From assembly GCA_051294905.1 (NCBI GenBank), contig CM119371.1, forward strand, positions 31,250,001-31,314,000: DNA of 64,000 nt. Reading direction: 5' to 3'. The notes below the pieces were generated by a model, which did no database searches, was not told where the DNA came from, and was given only the letters and a program-made list of their open reading frames with translations. The position numbers and the translations under genes were made by a program. The stretch comes from Botryllus schlosseri (lineage: Eukaryota). Below, piece by piece: positions 1-12,400 of this stretch; the first letter of the stretch is position 1, and each line of letters begins with the position of its first letter.

Positions 1-286
1 ATAAGAGTATCTTCTCTTTGGAAAATTCCCAAGCTGAAATTTATCAGCAATCGTAAAGATATTTTCTGACTTTACCAGACACATGTAAAATTAACACTGA
101 AAAGTCGCTACCAACTTTTGTAATCGTAATCAGTTAATATTCATGAGATAATTTGGCATTTCAAAAGAATTGACTTTCGTAATGATGTGAGAAAAGTGAA
201 AAGGCGACAATTCCATGATTTGTGTTTATTATATAAAAATTCACTCTGTTGTATTCAGTAACATATGACAAGAATGTTCCGCTTAC

Positions 287-444
287 CGTTAAAACTCAAG
301 AAACCGATGATGCAAATCGGTATCCAGCAAAGGAAGTCAGATATCACGATTCGTGTCAGCTTGCGTTGTATGCTCTTGCTTTCCTTATTATTCATTTCTT
401 CGCTGGCGTTAGCCTCAATCACTGTGGAAGTGCTCATGGCGCGT
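287..444 (-). CDS. GPCR exon: ICL3 and TM6 (IQRKLTRIVISDFLCWIPICIIGFL)
   Basis: Acceptor TTTGTAG, donor G|GTAAGC; the DFxCWxP TM6 motif is typical of LGR/RXFP/GRL101. Confidence 0.93.
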
Positions 445-3400
445 CTACAAAAATTTGACGTGCGTGAATAAAAAGTTCAACCCGAACGTCAAACCAGATA
501 TATCATGCTCACACTTCGTTGGTTAGCTATAGCTAGTTAGTGCAATTAGCTGGCATCGACAACGACTTACCTAAACAACAAAACGTAGCAAACGAGCATG
601 TACAGAAAAGCTACAAAATTCAGAAGCAGCAGAAAGAATGAATATCCCCAAGCCCTGTCCACGGATGGATTCGGAAAAAATGTCGGCAGACAAACTCCGT
701 GACTGGAATAGTAGCCGAACTCGTACGCCACTGTCATGTTCGGGTTTACGTCAAGAATTTTATTCTTCAGTCGGCTCCACTCAGTAGATCTGCAAATAAT
801 ATTTGGAGAAATCAATAAATGCTCAATTCACATGTTCTACTATACGTACCCATCTTGAGGCTGCGGAGTAGTTTGAATAAGGCTGAGCCACTTGTCCATA
901 TACTGAATATCATGGTAATTTACCACTTTGAAAATTCGGTTTTCATTGAACCTATAATGCACGAATATGAGCATTCAATTCGGTAGACTTTCAATTTACG
1001 AACAATGTTGTCCCGGTTCTACATCAGGATGTTTTAATTGTAACGTTATTATATTTTTATAGTCTCGCTATTCGTGAAATATCATACATCAATCTCATGC
1101 TGAATCTGATCTTACGTCGACAAATCGACGTGTCGATGGGCATCATCAACGTTCTATGGAATAGTGATAGAAGGGTTTTCGCAGACATGTGATAGCCTTT
1201 ACCCATCGGGATATCCCAAAGTTTGAAAAAGAAATATATAACACTGGTCAGCAATCTTGCTATTTAGGGGTATAAAATATTTGCTCGAACAAGAGCCAGA
1301 TCTGGAAGGTCGGTGATTACGAATATCAGATTAGTTTTTCCAGATTGGCTCTTGTTCGAGAAATATTTATACCCCTAAAATAGCCCAAGATTGCTGTATT
1401 TACCCATGAATATTTCAATTGATAGGAAGAAAATCGTAGTTTTTTCTAATTTTATAGTGCGCATGAATAGATAATTGACTATGAAGAACCCTCATGTCGT
1501 TCTCAGCCATTCTATCAATATTAACATGACCTGGTGCGAAATATTTGTTTGTCAAAAAAGCAGTTTGTCTAGCCTAAAAATTGAACTTTTGAACAACGGA
1601 AGTACATATTCCCCTGTATCACTTGGTCATCCTACGAACATTAAAGAGGAGTATAAAGCTATAAAATTTGTCCCTAAAAAAGCTTGAATACAATACTCAT
1701 ATGAGTTTCATTTCTTTTGACCTGTAAATAGATAATTTTCCGTTGAATCAACAAAGTGGGTATACCCCTAGTGTCCCTATCAAACGAGAAGCTTAAATCT
1801 GGTGTCTTTGATAGATTTACGATTCAAATACTGATGAAAGAGTCCAATTTCATATTAGGAAGGAGTTAACTGCATGGCATTCATCCTAAGATGTCGTAAA
1901 TAAAACTTTTCAGAGGATCACTGATCACAAAACACTCAACTACAAACAGTTGGTCCGAAAATTCGTATCTGCATATGGAAAAATCGGAACGATCATAGAA
2001 GTTCCTGTCCTTCCTGTTCAGTCATTTCCTATTAATCTTGTTGATTAGCAAGTAGAGAGGTTCCACAAAGACATCAAAACAACAACAGAAAGATATTAGG
2101 GCAGATGAGATGAATATATTATGGCAGACCATTGCTGGAACCTTTTGAGAAACTGCAATAAATTGCTCACAGGCGAAAATCGTACAAAAACAATTGTGCT
2201 TTACGTTAAATGAATAATATCATGTTCCAACTAATTATTTCAAATTTTCATTAGGTGGTTGACGTAAACACTGATTGAATTAAAGCTACGTTATTTGAGT
2301 ATTTAGGTAAATACTTATATACATGACCGGAGTATATTTACGTACATGATATCCGTGAAAGTGTATAACTATGACAAATCTAATACCCCTAAATATATCG
2401 TTGTTGCTGTATTTTGATTTAAAAGAGTCTATTGTGCGTAAAAAGAACAAGTAGATTGAATTTCTAAACTTTATAGTGCGACTAAGCCGATTATTTATCT
2501 AGCCATTACAGCGAAAATGGGAGATTTTGGTCAAAATAGCCCAATGGGTTATCTCCAAAATAAGAGCCAATTTGAAAAAACTAAGGTCATATTCGGAATC
2601 AGTGCCCTTCAGACCCCCAAACCCACTCTTACTTTGTCTGCGTAAAAATATGTGTTGACCAGTGCTATCATTGCTACTCGTGAATCGGTTCCTCGTGAAT
2701 TTAGCAGTCTTGGAGTGAATCAAAGCACACAAATACAAAGTTACATCGATCTAGTGACAGTATGGTAGGCCATACACAATCAATATATATTAAATCACAA
2801 ATATCAGCGGGTTCCATCGAATAAAAATCGTACTATGCTTACGCCACGCTGCTCACAAAGTAATCTTCGATATGTGGAATGAGTGGGATTATGCCAAGCA
2901 ATATTGATACAACCCATGAAATGATAACTGCCATGGTTGCGGCAGCCATGCTCGGTCGAGATAACGGTCTGCAAATAACCAAAAAACAGCTGGATAATTA
3001 GGAGAAGGTATAATAGTACCCAATTGATCAATAAATAAATATGAACTACAGTTACAACTGCGATAGTCGATCACGTACAATATTTGGAATATCATAAAAA
3101 TTGAGAAAGTACATTCAAATGCGCTTCCGCGATGAGTATGAAGATATTTACTGAGTGAGATATTTCATTGGTATTCTCTCCGATTGAATCACTCTAGATC
3201 AGGGGTTCTCAAAGGGTGGGAAATGGCCCACTGGTGCGCCACAGATCATTTTGAGGTGGGCCACAGAGCCATTTTGGAATTACGTTGGATGATTTCATAT
3301 GTCACAGAAAGATTTTGATCTGGGGTAGAGAGTAGAGATTAACCTTTATCAGCACAGGGGTTTTAGGTAACTTAATCGGCACACACGTTGACACATTGTC

Positions 3401-6400
3401 AACCTGTCAACCCATTAATATATACTACTAATTGTCTCTGTAACGCCTTCAATAATTTGATTTCCTCTTGTGCTTGTCTCGTTGTTATGACTACCGGTAT
3501 AGCTGAATTGCCTAGCGTTCCTTTTCATTGTTGCACTATTACGTCAAAGTTCGCCAATCTGCTTTTCGTTTGAATCTCCTTCCATTGGGCTCGAAAGTCA
3601 CGTGACTTCTCAGCATAGCAACCACCGTCTGGGGCCAAGCGCGTTTCTGGTATCATCTTCTCTGCGACAGTAATGCATTTGTATGTCGCAATTTCTGCTA
3701 CTGCACTGGTCTTTGCTGTCACATTATGTGTTCGTGTTACGAAAGTGGCTAAAACAGGATTGATTTTTTTTTCGTGCAGATAGATGACAATGTATAGTAT
3801 TCAATTAACATGATGGAGTAGAGCAGTTTAAGATAGCCTATGTCAAACAAGTCATTCCAAGGTTTAGTACCTTCATCTGGACCTACTAACTATTCATCGA
3901 ATGACTGCAGCATTATTATGCTTCAAGTGTGAGGAATCAGTGATCAGTCAATATCGGAGATTAGTAATATTGTAACATTACCGTACCGTGTTAAATTTGA
4001 TTTCAGATGGATTTGGTTGAGCTACTTTTACGATTTGCGAGTTCTTCAAAATTAATCCGAATCTGGTCAGAAGAAGTCAAAATGATTTAGACAACGACCA
4101 TCCCACATCAGCAATGTATGGTGGTGATGGCAGAGAATTGGGAAATATTCAGTTCAGCCATGAGTAGAAAGAAAGTTTATTACGTAGAGGTTGGTAACTG
4201 CAAAATCACTTGAAAGATTGGGGAAGCGTTGGAACTGAGTTCGAATCCCACTTGACGCAAGTGGGTCGGAGGCTTATCTGGACTCCCCAAGGCTTACCTA
4301 ACTACATGAGCAGCGTCATGTAATCAAGCCCAGATGGCTAAGTAAAGCCGATGAGGCTCGAAAATCGGCACCACTGACGAGGAGGTATGGAAGCAAGCAA
4401 GAGAAGAAAGATGGTGAACGAATGGGTGACAGGAACTCAGAAAAAGCTAATCAAAAAGCAAAGAGACCTTTGAACTTTAAAGCATTTATGTTGTGGTGCA
4501 AACAGACGATCATCATCATTGCTTTATTAGCAATTTTATCAGTTCAATACACCGCAAAATGCGATACAATGAAAAGACAGGAAGATGTCGAAGCGACTCG
4601 GAGTAGTCTATGGAATCAGACACCCATCTTGGCTTTGGCGATGTAAAGAGGAGGCATGCACACTGAATGAAAGTAAAGAAGATAGTATTTCCACCTTTTC
4701 AGAGTAATATGTAATATTGCATACTTGCTAGAGTGTTATATTTTTTAAAGTAATTTTAGGACATGTTTGCGGCACTTTTGTGATGTGTGTATTGATAGAT
4801 TTCAAGTGTCCCTATTCTACCAAATCAAGATCATTAATAGACTTGAGCGTTTAGAAGATAGTCTTCATTTTGAAATGAGTCGGTGATACTATAGTACTTG
4901 CCCAGCATCACAAGTACTTTGACAAGTGCAGGGCAGCTTGTGCATTGCATACTCAAAACTTATGCCATTTATTCGTTTTGGACCCGATGATACCCTAAGA
5001 TTCTGAATAGAAGAACTACCTAATTCTGATATAATATTTCCACAACAATACTTTCTTAATCTTGCATACTCTCGCTTGATTTTACAAAATTCTAAGAGTG
5101 CTGACTAAATCAATAACTGGCCAATAAATTCGACAAATTCACAACTTGAGAATGTATTTCCTTTGTACCGAGAATTAAACAAATAGAATGTAGGTATTGG
5201 TCACAGATTAGGTATTCCTGATTAATGTTGCCAACGTGCCATAAACGGATGCAGTTTTGACTTAAGCTATACACTGCTACTGCGGAGGTAGTCTTAAACT
5301 GACGACTCACTTAAACACACAGAGTTGGCTTGAAAATGGGCATTGGGCAGGCATAAGCAATACAATTGAGAGGACTGTGTTGGTATATCGAAATTTATGT
5401 AAACGAGAATAACAGCAAGCAGTGTAACTGTGAGTACTCCATGGCAATCTGTAGTTATTGCGTTGCTGCATCGCGTCGACGTCAGTATCTTCCATTGACA
5501 AGCCAAGATCCTGAACGGCGTCTGTGTAAATTTAGGGTGCTCTGGCCCTGGCACGGAGAACGACGGTAAGGGATACAAGTGTTGTTGGGTCCGTATGGTT
5601 ACGAGGCTGGTCTCACACAAATGACCTACTGGTGGCGTTGATTGTACCGTATGTCGACAACAATGTCAGTTCCTTCCCAGCATTTTGGGTGGATTTCTAC
5701 CAAGTTCAGGAAGTATATGTGGTCCCGACTTTTAAGGCCGGTAGCGTCTTGAGGTGTTCGCTCCACCTCCCTACGGTGACGTAATTCCATAGACAGTTGA
5801 GCTGCATTTTCTCACGGTTCAAGGGGTAAATAGCGTGCGTGTGCTCCTCGTTCTTGCGATGAAGGAGATGGTGTCTTCTGGACAGCAGTTTGTGGCAGAG
5901 ATACAAGATGCCCCGGATATGGTTTACGTATAGCGCACAGTGCAACTTCACTAGCACAGCAATCAGGTACAGATGAGTGAGGCTAGCATCAATGTTTGCA
6001 TTGATTTGTTAAACATCTAAAAGTATCTATAAAGAGAATAAAATGGTTATGAATTAGCCTACCCTCTGATTTTTGTTCAAGAAATTTGTGTAAATTTTGT
6101 ATAGGGCAATGCAAAAGCTACTGAAGGTAGAAAATTTTAAATTTGATTCAACTAGCCAAATTTGCTATACATTTTTTTTTGAAAACTCAACCATTTCATG
6201 GCATAGCCAGTAAAATTTTACAAAATATTTTATTTTTTCAATAAATTAAATTTTTTTGCCAAATCTAGCGTGCAACCTTTTTTCAAGCCAACCTTACAAT
6301 TTTGTTCACTAGACAGTGAAATTTGGAAAAAAAGTTATTTTTGAACAACACTGATGTATAGAAACTTGACCAAAATTTAGAAAAAAACATTGGCAACAGT

Positions 6401-9400
6401 GCCAGTACTAAATTATACGAAGTAGTGTCATGAGTAACAGCAAGACCTGGTCTTCCATTAAAAGAATATTTACATTCCAGTTAGAATGATACCAAATTGT
6501 AAATCGCTGCATCATCACAAAAACCAAGTCGAAAGTACGGTACTCTTGTCCTTGTCCGGCAATAGCAGTCTTCTCAGCACTATCCTTGAAACACTCAATA
6601 ACTTCCTTCTGATTAGACTTAAATTTGGCTGACCGAAATTCTTGATTATCTTTTTCGATAAATGGCACAGATATCTTAATACCTAACCGATGCCTGCAGT
6701 TGATGCATCTATTCTTAGGCCAATTTCACTATATAAACACTTTAATAAAAATCTAATAATTGTGGGTTATCTTAAATTATTTGCTATTTAAGCTGACTCG
6801 ATTATGCTGTCTTTGGGGCACACAAAATACCGGTATGACATTTGATACCACCAAACAAACAAGTCAACATAGATCAAATGTTAATTATATTTATCCTTCC
6901 CACTAGATTTATTAATTTCAGTCACTTTCCTGTCGTTTTCTGGCAATTCAGAAGTCGATGGAAAGACTACTCCGAATTGTTTTCTCATCCATTATAACAA
7001 ATTGGCACGTTATACCCTGACATTTTGCGCGGCTGCAAAACAACATAAACCTACCTAGTTAGTGTCTAAAAGTCCTGAAACTAGCTAATAAGTCATAGAA
7101 GATAACATAAAACCTAGAACTGTACTTCAAACAACCTCACTGAGACAGAAAATACGGTTTGAAAACATACCAATATCGCAAATTAACACAGGGAGCGGCT
7201 ATCTAAGATAGTTGTTTGGCCCCAGCGAACCACAAGTCACGTGACTTTCGAGCCCAATATGCTTCTTATTGCGCCGTAGGTAGGGCCTCGATATCCAACC
7301 AACTGTTCAATGTCCATCCACAGGCTGTCATCTGGTAATTGTATCAGCCCGTTTTCCGTAGAGGTTATTGCATCGTCTGTTGTTGAGTCCCTGTACCTAA
7401 CGCCTGCGCGCCTTCATAATATCGGCAGACAGACAGCTATCTAAAATTCCCTGCTTTATACCCTGCTGAGTTGAGGTTCAGAAAATTGGTTAGAATGCCG
7501 ACTTGAAAGTTCAATGAAAATTATATCAAGTATGGATTCACATCAATTTGTGACAACGGAGAAGAAAATAGACAATGTGTTTTATGTTATAACGTCCTTG
7601 GTCATCATTCATTGAGGCCATCAAAACTGAAACTTCACCTGGAAAAATCTCATCCAAAATACAAGGATAAAGATGAGAACTTCTTTCAACTAAAAGAAGA
7701 TAGGTTCAAGCGTCAGCGCTTCGATTCAAAGTTAGAAGTCCATCAACATGCCAGGAGAATTATAGAAGCATCTTATGTAGTCAGCTTTATGATCGCAAGG
7801 CAATGCAAACCGTGCGTAATTGGCGAGACTCTCATCAAACCATGTGCTGCAGAAATGATTAGAATTGTACGAAATTGGAGCAAATTCCTCTTTCGAACAT
7901 TATGCTACTGTACAGCGTAGAATTGCTAATTTGTCAGACAATATTAAAAATCAGGTAATCAAAGAAATAAAAAATTCTCAATTCGGATTGTTCTCAATTC
8001 AACTTGATGAAATTACCGATGTTGCGTCTTGTTCACAGCTCTGGTGAAACTACCGATGTTGCGTCTAGCTCACAGCTCTTGGTGTATTGCAGATATATGT
8101 CAGAAAAGGGTATGAAAAGTAACATGTTGTTTTGCTCTTCATTTGAAACCAATACGAGAGCTGTTGATGTGATGCAAAAACTGGAAGCATTTATCGACAA
8201 AGAAGGACTCGAGTGGGAAAATGTTTGTGGCATATGCACTGACAATGCCTCTTCCATGTTGGGATCCAAAAGTGGCTTACAAACATTAGTTCGTAGGCGT
8301 TCACCTAGGGTCGTCTCAATGCATTGCATGATACACAGACAAGCGCTCGCTTCGGAAACTCTTTCAGAATCTCTTCAAAATGTTCTGAACACAGTAATCA
8401 AAGCGGTAAACTTTGTCAAAATGGAGCATTAAGCAAACGCCTATTCAGAAATTTATGTTCTGAGATGAATGCTGAACACTTGGATTAGCTGTATTATACT
8501 CGGGTCCGATGGCTGTCCAAGGATAATGTTTTGGCAAAAGTTTTTGAACTACGGGAAGAATTGACTGAATTTCTTCGCAGGCAAGGAAAGAACGAATTGG
8601 AATCTTCATTTGGTGATAATACCTTCATATGTAAACTTGCTTATCTGGTTGATGTATTTGAACAGTTGAACCGCCTAAATCTCAAGCTACAGAGAAGAAA
8701 CACGACTGTCATTGATTTTATCGATGTCTTAAATGCGTTTGTGCAAAAGCAAGAAAACTGGAAACGCAAAGTTGAAGAAGGAAATATTGTCATGTTTGAG
8801 AGCCTTTCATCTATGATTGAAGGCCAAATCGACATGAATCTATCATCCGAAATATTGCAACATCTTGACAATCTCAGGGAAAAATTTTTGAACTAATTTC
8901 CTGAAATATCTACTTTAGACTTGGACCTGGTGAGAAAGCCTTTTGCAATCCCAATTGAGAAAGTTGCAAAGAACAATCAGGATTAGTTCATTGACTTCAT
9001 AAATGACTCCACCTGTATAGACTTGTTCGAGACTTTGGATATCTGTTAGTTTTGGGCGAAGGTGTGTGTTTCATACCCACGTATCGGTAAAGAATGCATC
9101 AAAATTTTGTTGCCTTCCAGCAGTACGTATTTATGTAAGGCAGGATTTTCCACTTAGTTGCAGCTGAACACAAAGACTCGAAATCGACTAAATGTGGAAG
9201 ATAGTATGCGTTGTGCGCTCACTTCGACCACTCCAAAAATTGATGAATTGGTCAATAATTTCCAGCAGCAATTTTCTCACTTATACACGGTTGAATAAAT
9301 AATCTCCCTTGAAATATGTCCTGCTGATTTTTGTCCCTGTGTCCAAGTCTCTTGGGACGTTGGCCACAGAACATTTTCAAAATGGAAAATGGGCCACAGC

Positions 9401-12400
9401 CAAAAAAGGGCTGAGAGAACCCCTGCTCTAGATAAATTGTGAAAACAGTGCGAGGACGGCGTCGTTTGTAAAAAAAACAATCTATTACACCGGCTTCGTA
9501 ATTCACCTATGACTCAACTTTAGGTACCTAATCTGCAAATGAAAAATAAAAAATGGAAATCATACTAAAAGGAATGTTTAGATACAAAATCAATATTGGT
9601 TACACCTGACACGGGTGAAATAAGACATGATTCGGGTCACAATTGGAAACTAATGTTTGATGGTGACTCGAAACGTTGTTTCTTGCTCACAACCAGGATA
9701 TAACAAAGCAATCCAAGACTCGAATCCGAGTCCAGTGTCTGTTGTTATGAATCGAGTCGAGTATTGGGAGTGGGGGAGATGTGGGTCCGATGAAACAGTG
9801 CGATCCAAAATATTCTTGAAACACTATCGATGACAATTCACTGACTACACTCGGGGGATTTATTTATAAATAGCAAGCTGTAGTAATATTTCTTTAGGTC
9901 CAATTAACTCCGGCTTGCGTGAGCTATGCGGTCCGTGACACATATTTTATATTTTATGGGGTTTAAAGTAAATGTCGATAGTCATATATTGTTCTCTTTG
10001 TAACCTTGAACAAGAACAAATCAGCAATCATTTTATTGTGAAGTTTAGGGCTTGTATCATGTTATGTATGACGACACATATTTTTTTAAAATTCAATATC
10101 ACCCTCGAGTGGACTTTTTCTCTATTCAACTACAAAATTATAGAGTGGGCCCTATCATACACCATCGTCAAATCGAGCAGAAAAACAGAAGCAGGCATAT
10201 CTACGAGAGGCTGTATTTCATAATTTCCTATGGTATGATATCGTATTTTAATTATTATTTATTCTATTTTTCAAGCTGGTGACCGGACATTCTTCTTAGG
10301 TTTGATGTAGCTTGAATTATAGTACGCAGCACAGAAAGTTGAAACATTCAAGTTTTTGAGCGTATGTCTCCTCGATGTCCAGGTCGTGTGCTTTGGACCC
10401 AATAGGATGCGGACCTGTGATACGTTTGGGCAACAAATTTTAAACTTTATAGTATACTTTTTAAAGGCTGGTAGTCATGTATATATCCGCGGTAGGCAGA
10501 GTATGGACAAAAGTGTTGCGCCAGCAAAAGATTAATTGTTCTCGGCTGAAGGTTTGAGAACTGGAGAGCATTAGGGAAATTTTAATCCATCCATACCACA
10601 TCTCCCCTACATATCGGAAATATACTGTTCAATATTACAGTTATGACGCCATATCAGGTTTTGCTCGAACTATCAACTCGACTCGTTACAGGTTCACCCA
10701 AAGACCCACTTTAAACACTCCGAGATGCAAACCCCTGTAACACGCGCGCCCGTTTGACAGTTGTTTAAATATTTCCGTTTGAAATATGCACAACAAACCT
10801 CATAACAGAGTATAGTCTGTGACTTGCGATGATCACCATTGTGAAGACAGATTGCTCAGACCCAATAACCATGACCGCACCCAATGCGGAACACGTGCTA
10901 CTACTTCTCCATTCACGATCGACTTGACAATAATCGGTGTCGGTTTGCGAAGCCTTTATGGATATCGAAAATGCATAAATCTGAAAGGGACAAAGCTCAT
11001 TGTAGATTTCCAATAGTAAATGGCGCCCAAATCATACTCACCCCCACCAGTAAATCAGAGAATGATAGGCTTAATATCAATCTGCTGACGAGCTTGGTGC
11101 GTATCGAAGTGCTTGCCACATTACGTGATAATATTGGTTTGATAGCCGCCCGTATGGTTATCACTATCACCCCTGTACACCCAACTATCGCCCCCAAGCC
11201 TGAGAAAAAATAAACAGGACTCTGGCTATTCTACATTCGCAGAGCATTGAAATGATGGTAGTTGTCGCTTGAATATTTAGCAATGCCTTCTGTACTGTAT
11301 AAACTAATAATGCAGCAGTGAAATTCATAGTTTGATAAGCTTATCATATTTTTAGCACCCGACAAGTGGATGTTTTTTCCGGCAAGGAAAACGGATGTAA
11401 AATTGTTACATTTGTCTTTGATGATGATTTAAATTTCCTTGGTAGTTGCAGGAAAAAAGGTACAAAAACGAAGAAAACCAAAAGTTACAATAACAGACGG
11501 ATGTAAAATTGTTACATTTGTCTTTGATGATGATTTAAATTTCCATGGTAGTTGCAGGAAAAAAGGTACAAAAACGAAGAAAACAAAAAGTTACAATAAC
11601 AGACAACAAATCAAATTTCGTTTTTAGATTCAGTCCATGACAACTTTGTGGATCCTGTTACTTTTGCCAATGAGTAATGATCATTTTCAGAAGTTCGTGA
11701 AATTGTTAACACGAAATATCCTTGAAATTTTATACAACTGTAAAAACTCTTTTCAAACCATCAATTCAGCATGTTTGGTGGCTACAGTAAGACTTTTGGA
11801 AATAAATATAGCGCCTAGCTTAAAGGACTTGTTGGAAGCATATTGAACTGACTCGAAATGCGAAAACAGGGGACATATTAGGCATTTTTGAGCTTCCACG
11901 GAGGAATATTCATCTTTATGGAGAAAACAGGATATATTGTAAGCTTGTAGCTTTGACGTCAACAGAGGCTTAATTGGATGTGTAAATCGTACGATATTCT
12001 ACTGAACTTTCTGAACGAAACAATACAATTTGGTGTTATTTACTATGTGCTACAGCTGAAGACGGCATCGGTCATCATTAATTTTGTCGTCTCAAGCCAG
12101 ATCATTTGATGCCGTGATGATAACAACAAATTTTCTACCTACAGCAACAACAAACTATTGAGCTTACTTATTATCCAGCTGAGCGCAAGAATTGCTTTAC
12201 CGGTTATCATCGATTTTTCATCTGAAAAAGCACTGTCAACGCATCCCGGTTGACATTCATCGATTCCGGACTTGCAATCTTTAATTCCATCGCACACCTG
12301 CATTTGATCGACGACATTTTATCTATTATCATTTAAATACATTTCATGTCTATGAACAATATCGGCCTGGTTTAAATGACCATAGTAGTCGACAAACACC

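Larger units (their letters stand above)
3200..9425 (+). mobile_element. Buster/Charlie-type hAT transposon (6.2 kb including nested insert)
   Basis: TIR CAGGGGTTCTC...GAGAACCCCTG; perfect 8-bp TSD CTCTAGAT at 3192-3199 and 9426-9433. Confidence 0.92.

Noticed and set aside
4345..4392. Hammerhead-like strings CCGATGA..CGAAA and CTGACGA
   Set aside because: Core mismatch and no stem III/cleavage-site arrangement; better explained as a SINE tail hairpin
10161..10210. Possible 50-nt GPCR exon PLVDMPASVFLLDLTM
   Set aside because: Its phase is incompatible with the upstream phase-2 donor (stop in the required frame), and TM4 is fully supplied by 2843..2968
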